The notes beneath the pieces were generated by a model. It had not been told where the DNA came from, did no database searches, and saw only the letters and a list, made by a program, of their open reading frames with translations. Position numbers and translations under genes: made by a program. A DNA stretch of 62,788 bases, filler included, from Stramenopiles sp. TOSAG23-2 (lineage: Eukaryota), in assembly GCA_900128395.1 (NCBI GenBank). It is 9 parts of 9 records of this genome, joined end to end, with 100 filler letters (N's around TTAATTAATTAA, not from the genome) between each part and the next. Parts side by side here need not be neighbours in the genome. Positions count along the whole stretch, not along the records: positions 53,628 to 61,160 come from LT650305.1; positions 61,261 to 62,788 come from LT650474.1; 7 more parts are not named here. One strand, 5' to 3'. Shown here one piece after another: positions 56,141-62,788 of the stretch (position 1 is the stretch's first letter; each line of letters begins with the position of its first letter).

Positions 56141-58999
56141 TTACATACCACCACACTTTTCACAATCGTTGATTATATCCCATCTTGCCACCTTTGAAGC
56201 TGGTAATTCACTATTTGCTTTCGCTTGTTGACATGAAATACATTTATCACCAAAATGCCATTTTGGAACGACGGAATTTGTGGAAGGTGTATTGCTATTA
56301 CCACTTGATGATTTGATACGTGCAACTTGTTCCTTTTTATAGCAAGTTGAATAAAATATAGGATCCGATGGATCATCACTAATTGTATATATTGTACCAA
56401 CTTCCGGCTCTTCAGTGGGGCTAAAGAAACCGTAACAGATAAACGAATTTTCGGATGCACCGTTTTGTACCATATTCTGTTTACATTGACCTTTGTTATA
56501 AGGGATATTTACATCATTATTTAAAAATGAAACTACATTTGATGGATTTTTATATGGTACTACATTTAATGCATCACACATTCTCTTTTTATTATTAGCT
56601 ATATCTGGATCATTCGTCATACCATTTTCACACCATGTTTTACAAGCACTAATATCATCGGTTGAACTAATGACGAAACATTTTTTATGTTTTCCTTTTA
56701 CATTCGAGGGAAAATCAATATTTGCTTCTTCATATTGACAATGTTCTGTTTTAATCCAAACAGTTTCATATACTAATTCAGGAGGCGGAGGTGGAGTTCC
56801 GCCACCACCAGTACCACCTGGATCTACTAAGACTGCATCAAAACAATCATAATATCCTCTCCATGAATATTGGATAACATATTCACCAGCCTCAGCGTAT
56901 TCTGGAAATTTTATTTTAATTAAGTCATAATCCTGCGGACGTTTGTATGCGATTTTATATTTTGCTGCTGCTACCAGCCATGGATATTTTGGATTTGAAT
57001 AGGCCACTTTTTCATCTTGTGCAAGGTATTGTGATTTATATTCATATTGACCATATGTAACACCTTCTGTATCGCATGCAGCTTTGTCCTTATGCCTTCT
57101 AGTACATCGCCAAGTACTCGGCCTTTCAAAATATAATGTGCTATCAGATGATGATAATTTCTTGGAATACCTTTCGCCTGTTCCAACACCTGCAGTTGGA
57201 AGCGGCTCTTTTCCAAATTTAGAACTAGACTTTGGAGTATGCCATCGTACATGTGTTTTATCATATCCTTTGCCTACTAACCATGTTTTTGCACTACTTG
57301 GCGCTTCAGTGATATAACCTTCAATTGCTTCAGGTGAATTTAAACCAAGTTTCCCTTCATCCTCTCGTTTAACAATTGAAATGTATACAAATGTATTTGG
57401 ATGTCCAATCGACCACTCAAGATGAAAATCTTGATTTTTATTGACAGCAATATTAATACTTTGTCCTGGTCGTGGAGGGCATGGACCAACTTTTGTTAAA
57501 CCTTTGATTCTAGATTCTGGATTATTAATCCAATTATGCCCAGATGCAAAATTAATAATGAAAAATGTAAAAAATATCATTATCGTTAAAATATTCCTAC
57601 TGCTAATAATACCATGACGACGACTACTAGTATTATTATTATTATTATTACTAATAATATTTTTTCTATTATTATTGTTATTATTCCTGGCGGCATTTCT
57701 CTTATTTACAAAAACGCCAGCCGAATTATTCCCATTTAGAACATATAATAACATTCCTACTACTGATAAAAGGTTTACGGTATTACTATTATTAAGAACA
57801 CTTCCACTCGATGTATGCACAGTTGATTCAGCTATACCATTTTTAGTATTACCATCATCTGGAGTATTACCATCGCCTGAAGTATTACCGTTATCATCGT
57901 CCATATTATTATCATCACCGGGTTTCACTCCACTCACTTCACATGTATCTAAACCTACTTTTCGCAAACATGGGCAAAGGCGTTTTTCATTATTATTATT
58001 ATTTGTATCCGCAATGGCTTCGCATAAATTATTTACGTTTGAATCAACAGGACATTTTTGAAAATCATCTCGTGTGGAACAATACCCTTCTTCATTAGTT
58101 AGTAACCCAAGTTTGCTACACGGTTTGCCATTGTTACTTAGTAATGGTGCTCTGCATGCTAAAAAATTTCCAGGGCCATCAATTTCATTTGAAAATTGTT
58201 CATCTTTCGGTAAAGATAAAGTAAAGTTCAAAGCAGTGCCATCACATGATGTACCTTGTTTTTCACATGCTGTTTTACAAGATATTCCTTTTTCAGAGGC
58301 TTGGATCCATATAGTAGGATTTGGCATATCAGTCGATTCATCCAATACTAAATCTTCCTCTGGCCAAAAAAAAGCACCACCATTTGTCTCTCCGTGTTTT
58401 ACTAATGCTCTAAACCGTATGCTTCCCGTACCTTTTTTCGGTGCTTGAAATTTAAAATCATGTTTGAAATGCTTAACGCCTGCATTCCTATGCATAACAG
58501 CTTTCCCTGAACACATTGGCGGAGTCCAAAATTTTGGATCTTCAGATTTAGGTAAGATCCATTTACCAACTTTTCTTACGTTATCACTCGTAGTACTAGC
58601 AGCATTATTATCAACGGCATATAACAATAATCCTAAATATTTCGCATCTTTACTTAATGCTTTTACGGTGATTGTTATCAATTCACATGGTTCATATTTT
58701 CCATTAGAGGAAGAAGAAGTCACGGCATATTTATTAGATTTAATTGGAGGTGCGACTAAATCCATACCGGCAGGACAACACGGCGAGACAATCCCATTCA
58801 TATCTGTAGTCGTCCACGCTCTAGCAATTCCATCACTTGGACATGGCAGTGTACATAATTTCATAGCATCCAAACAAGCAGGCCCGTCACCTGCTGAATT
58901 TGCATTTATAAATATGTCATCACGATGAATTATAATATTAAACAATATTAAATAATAAAAAAAAGAAATACAAAATATGTTTTGTTTTCTTACTTGCAT
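56141..58999 (-). CDS. Secreted Reeler-domain protein fused through a hydrophobic/basic/internal signal segment to a His-brace LPMO-like domain and a Cys-rich tail
   Basis: Reeler: YEPCELITITV, YLGLLLYA, VGKW, AVMH, FQAPKKGTGSIRFRALV. Then IIFF..FASG|HNWINNPESR...EWSIGH...GEYVIQYSWRGYYDCFD. Confidence 0.7.
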   Translation of the reverse strand: MQVRKQNIFCISFFYYLILFNIIIHRDDIFINANSAGDGPACLDAMKLCTLPCPSDGIARAWTTTDMNGIVSPCCPAGMDLVAPPIKSNKYAVTSSSSNGKYEPCELITITVKALSKDAKYLGLLLYAVDNNAASTTSDNVRKVGKWILPKSEDPKFWTPPMCSGKAVMHRNAGVKHFKHDFKFQAPKKGTGSIRFRALVKHGETNGGAFFWPEEDLVLDESTDMPNPTIWIQASEKGISCKTACEKQGTSCDGTALNFTLSLPKDEQFSNEIDGPGNFLACRAPLLSNNGKPCSKLGLLTNEEGYCSTRDDFQKCPVDSNVNNLCEAIADTNNNNNEKRLCPCLRKVGLDTCEVSGVKPGDDNNMDDDNGNTSGDGNTPDDGNTKNGIAESTVHTSSGSVLNNSNTVNLLSVVGMLLYVLNGNNSAGVFVNKRNAARNNNNNNRKNIISNNNNNNTSSRRHGIISSRNILTIMIFFTFFIINFASGHNWINNPESRIKGLTKVGPCPPRPGQSINIAVNKNQDFHLEWSIGHPNTFVYISIVKREDEGKLGLNSPEAIEGYITEAPSSAKTWLVGKGYDKTHVRWHTPKSSSKFGKEPLPTAGVGTGERYSKKLSSSDSTLYFERPSTWRCTRRHKDKAACDTEGVTYGQYEYKSQYLAQDEKVAYSNPKYPWLVAAAKYKIAYKRPQDYDLIKIKFPEYAEAGEYVIQYSWRGYYDCFDAVLVDPGGTGGGGTPPPPPELVYETVWIKTEHCQYEEANIDFPSNVKGKHKKCFVISSTDDISACKTWCENGMTNDPDIANNKKRMCDALNVVPYKNPSNVVSFLNNDVNIPYNKGQCKQNMVQNGASENSFICYGFFSPTEEPEVGTIYTISDDPSDPIFYSTCYKKEQVARIKSSSGNSNTPSTNSVVPKWHFGDKCISCQQAKANSELPASKVARWDIINDCEKCGGM

Positions 59000-59339
59000 T
59001 TTCTTGTTTCCTTCCTTTCTTTCTTTCTTTCTATTTTCGTTAATTATTACACAATTCTATTCTTCTTTTTAGTTTTTCCCCCTCCATTGATATGCTTTTG
59101 TATAGTTACCACTTACATATTATAATCTATACTGGGCACAAGTGCGGCACATTATTTTTTTCGGTCGCGCGCACCACACCCGCCCGCCGTGGTGAAAAAA
59201 TATGTAATATGTACCGGTATATATATAATCCTATTCTCAAATGGAGAATATAACACAGTAAACCATACAAATATATATACAATAAATTATAAAATTGTAT
59301 CAATTTTGATCTACTGGAGCTACGTATAATTAAACTAGG

Positions 59340-60476
59340 ATGAATGAAAAAATCTTATTATTAATAATATCCATAACAGTATTAATATTTTCATGTGATG
59401 TAAATGCACATAATAATAATGCTGGGATATATGGTTTAGCATTAACAGCAAATTCACCAGCTGAAGTTAGTTTAACATTTCTTGATGTAAATACTGGGAA
59501 TACAACTATCATTGGCCAAAAACATAATGGTATGTATTTATATCCTTACTATATATTCAATATATTTCATTCAACTTACTAACATATACATATATATATA
59601 CATACATACATAGTACTTGATGGTATGGGTGACTTAACAACAATTGATTCTGAAAAAAGAATTTTTTATTATTTAGGTGATACAAGTTCTGGTACGACTT
59701 TACTTGGACTTAATATGAAAGATGGTTCTGTTGCATGCCAAGGTGTTGTTCCATTACGAGAAATTGGTTATGTTGGAATTGCACAAAGTATTGATTATGA
59801 TATGGAAAATGACAATTTAGTGATAAGTGGATTAGCGGAAGGAAATACTACGGGGCATTCTGTTTTGAGAACTTCAGGTTGTGTCGAAGGTTCGACTAAT
59901 ATTGGAAAATTGGAACATGTTGGTATCTTTGGTGATGGTACATTTGCTCCAATGTTGCATGCAAGTGCAATTGATTCCAAACAACAACGACTTTTTGTAA
60001 CACTTGCTATTACAAAAGAGCAAGATGCGGTTGGTGTTATTGATTTGAATGGGAAACAACCTATGTTTACAATCCCAGCAGATTCATTTCAACATACTCT
60101 GCTTGGTATGCAATATGATACAAAAACTGAATCGATTGTAGGTGTATTACCAATAAATGAAGCACCTGGTGGCATTGCATTACAATCTTTAAAACTTGAT
60201 GGTACAACACCAACATGGAAATCAATGACTTTACCAACACAAGATTATGATTGGTTATATGGAAATTCTGGTACTGTATCTGCATTAAATATCGAAGATG
60301 GGCAATTATATGTATTAGCTGGAAAACATCCACAACAACCTTCGAAAGGACCACCTAAAATGCCGGAAATGCATCTTGTTTGTATTGATTTATTAAAAGA
60401 AAAAGTTGTGGAGACACCACTTGTTAGTGGTTTGCCATTTGGTGTTGATTCATTATTGGAAATGAATTATGTGTGA
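59340..60476 (+). CDS. Two-exon secreted protein, probable beta-propeller (exons 59340-59529 and 59614-60476)
   Basis: Signal peptide. Intron GTATGT(59530)...TACTAAC(59577)...TAG(59613) joins the two ORFs in frame. Confidence 0.8.
59530..59613 (+). other. 84-nt GT-AG spliceosomal intron with TACTAAC branch point
   Basis: Donor gtatgt, branch tactaac, acceptor atag; the reading frame is restored on splicing. Confidence 0.85.
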
Positions 60477-61260
60477 AATATATAATATATATATTAAATA
60501 TGTGTATATTATATTAGTACCAATTAAAATGCATTAAATAAAAAAACTCATTTTTAATTTAATTTATACGAACTCATCAAATGATAAATTCTTATGCATA
60601 CTCTCCAGAAAAAAAGTTTAATTTATAAAAAGTTAAACAAGAATAAAAAAACTTAAACTCCTCTTCTCTCTGACTGTACTGTATCCTCTCGTGGGATATA
60701 TTTAAATTGTACCTAGGTACAATTTAAGGACCATAGGAATAGCATTATTCTAATACTGTATCAATAGTCTTCAACTACATAGACACAGCATCTCGAACGC
60801 ATCAAAATTTTGATAGACTATTTATTCATTTTGTACTTGAAGTATACAATTTTATGCGCTACCTTTATAGGAAACTAGTCGCCAAAATATTAAAATCCCA
60901 TTATAATACGTTATAAATAAATCGTGAAAAAGATACCAAAAATATGACAAAAAAATAAAAACTCGATTAATCAGTTTAATATGAATACATCACCTTTAAA
61001 ATAGTTACCGTTAGTTGAAGTGTGGATTATGATATTTATTGGATTTTGATACATATTCATGAGCTTGTAATTCAAATTCTACTTGTCCAAATTATATGTT
61101 TGATATATGTATATGAAACTTTTTTATGTGTAGAATCGATTTATGTGGTCAAATTGGTGTNNNNNNNNNNNNNNNNNNNNNNNNNNNNNNNNNNNNNNNN
61201 NNNNTTAATTAATTAANNNNNNNNNNNNNNNNNNNNNNNNNNNNNNNNNNNNNNNNNNNN

Positions 61261-62788
61261 GAAGATGACATTACCATTACAAAAACTAATATTCGTAGTG
61301 GTGTACCAGGCGTAATTTTGTCACCTCAGGACTATCACACGGTGCAGGACCATCGCTCCACAAACACGGTGCAGGATGATTATGTGCAGGAGGATTATCT
61401 TAAAGAAAAATTCCAATATATAAATTTCAAAGATACATTGCAAATTTTAATTGTATCTTGGAATGTAGGAAATGCGATGCCAAATGAGATTGAACTATAT
61501 TCTCTTTTAAATTTAAAAAGGGACAAAAAGCCAGATATGATTGTTATTGGAGTTCAAGAATGTTCCTATACTACTACTGCACATGGTAAAAAAGCTAGAT
61601 CTAATGCCAATAATAGTAGTGCTGTCAAAACAGGGCCATCTTTAACGTCAAAAGCATCAATTGCAAAAATACAAAATAGAAAAAATCGTAGCAATTCATT
61701 TGGTGTAGAAGATCATTTTTTAATATTAACTGATCAATGTCTTGGTGAGGAATACGTATTATTAGAAAAAGTAAAATTACTAGAAATGCGACAGTTAATT
61801 TATGTCCGTCGAGAAATTTATCCAAATTTTAGCAACATAGAGAAAAAAGTAGAAGCCACAGGCCTTGCACATGTTGTTGGAAATAAAGGTGGCCTTGCAA
61901 TTAAGTTGGAATATAAAGGAACGTCTATGGTATTCCTTTCATGCCATTTAGCTGCGCATATGGGCCATTTACAAGATCGTTTGTCTAATATACGAGAAAT
62001 TTTTCGCAATTTACGTTTCGGAAATCCAAACATTGAAATGAATTCACAATTTGATTATATATTTTTATTGGGAGATTTAAATTTTCGACTTGATGTCAAT
62101 CGTATATCGAAAAAACAAGGTTTTCCAACTACCTTTTGCTTTGATTACGTCATCAATCAAATTGAAAAGAAAAATTTTAAAGAATTATTTCAATACGACC
62201 AATTGCATAATTGTCAAATGGAAGAAGGTCATCTTAGTGGATTTAAGGAAGGGACTTATAATTTTGCTCCTACATTTAAAGTTTTGAAAGATGTTTTTGG
62301 TATGGAGTATAATAAAAAGCGCATTCCATCGTATTGCGATCGTATACTTTGGAAATCCATTCATAGTAACGATGATGATAATATTGAAAAAGAAGACAGA
62401 AGCCGTAGTGATAGTGCAAAGATGATTAGGAAAAAAATGAGCATTCTACGTATGGAGGAGGAGGAGGATGATGATAGTAGTAATAATAATATCGATGGTG
62501 GTGGTATCAAACAGCTACTATTTGAAAGCTGTGAACATGTTACATCTTCCGATCATAAACCAGTCCGTTCTTTATTTAACGTTAATATATTTAAAAAAAT
62601 AAAACCGGTTCAAAAAGACGACTCAACAGCTGAGAAAGACACTTTTGTAGTAGAAGTGTTTGGTTTAAATGCAAGAAATTTAAGACCATTTGATAATGAT
62701 GGCACTTCAGATCCATATTTTCGTATATACATGAGTCCTGGCAATTCCGTAGATACGGTTGGTCATGTAGAAGATGATGATGATGATG
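61261..62788 (+). CDS. Inositol polyphosphate 5-phosphatase followed by a C2 domain, open at both ends (missed by the ORF track)
   Basis: Frame from 61261: VSWNVGN, IGVQE, GNKGG, CHLAAH, GDLNFR, DQL, FAPTFK, RIPSYCDRILW, SDHKPV; then ARNLRPFDNDGTSDPYF (C2). Confidence 0.92.

Noticed and set aside
7583-61260. Regularly spaced TTAATTAATTAA palindromes (~7.6-kb period) as a biological repeat, and any gene cluster spanning them
   Set aside because: They are N-flanked six-frame-stop linkers joining size-sorted contigs; cross-linker adjacency is meaningless.
1-62788. Giant-virus or prokaryotic origin suggested by intron-poor AT-rich genes
   Set aside because: Mitochondrial-targeted SdhA, LEO1, BRE1, FANCE, a spliceosomal intron and a copia relic indicate a eukaryotic nuclear genome; no viral hallmark genes, rRNA or tRNA were recognised.

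Overview
AT-rich, almost intron-free eukaryotic (protist-like, probably stramenopile-type; inferred) nuclear sequence. It is not one locus: nine ~7.5-kb contigs, ordered by decreasing length, are joined by 100-nt N44-TTAATTAATTAA-N44 linkers, so gene neighbourhood is only meaningful within a contig. About 23 protein genes are recognisable: mitochondrial SdhA, LEO1, BRE1, FANCE, an Ariadne RBR ligase, GH54, an SDR, an MFS transporter, a P2X-like channel, an inositol 5-phosphatase and others. There are also transposon remnants and several local tandem duplications, some probably artefacts. Top observations: (1) an Ariadne RBR E3 whose RING1 is split by an inserted, catalytically intact Ubc12/UBE2F-like E2 domain; (2) a Reeler-domain protein with an internal signal-peptide-like segment that would expose an N-terminal His on an LPMO-like His-brace domain (possible polyprotein); (3) two insect OR/GR-like 7TM ion-channel candidates; (4) a GT25 with an inserted VHL-beta-like domain plus a C-type lectin; (5) a double Asp-box propeller protein ending in a cruzipain-type C-terminal domain; (6) recurrent non-coding motifs, TACCWGGTA near 5' ends and TACGAAG near 3' ends. 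All family calls come from motif recognition by eye; no searches were run.
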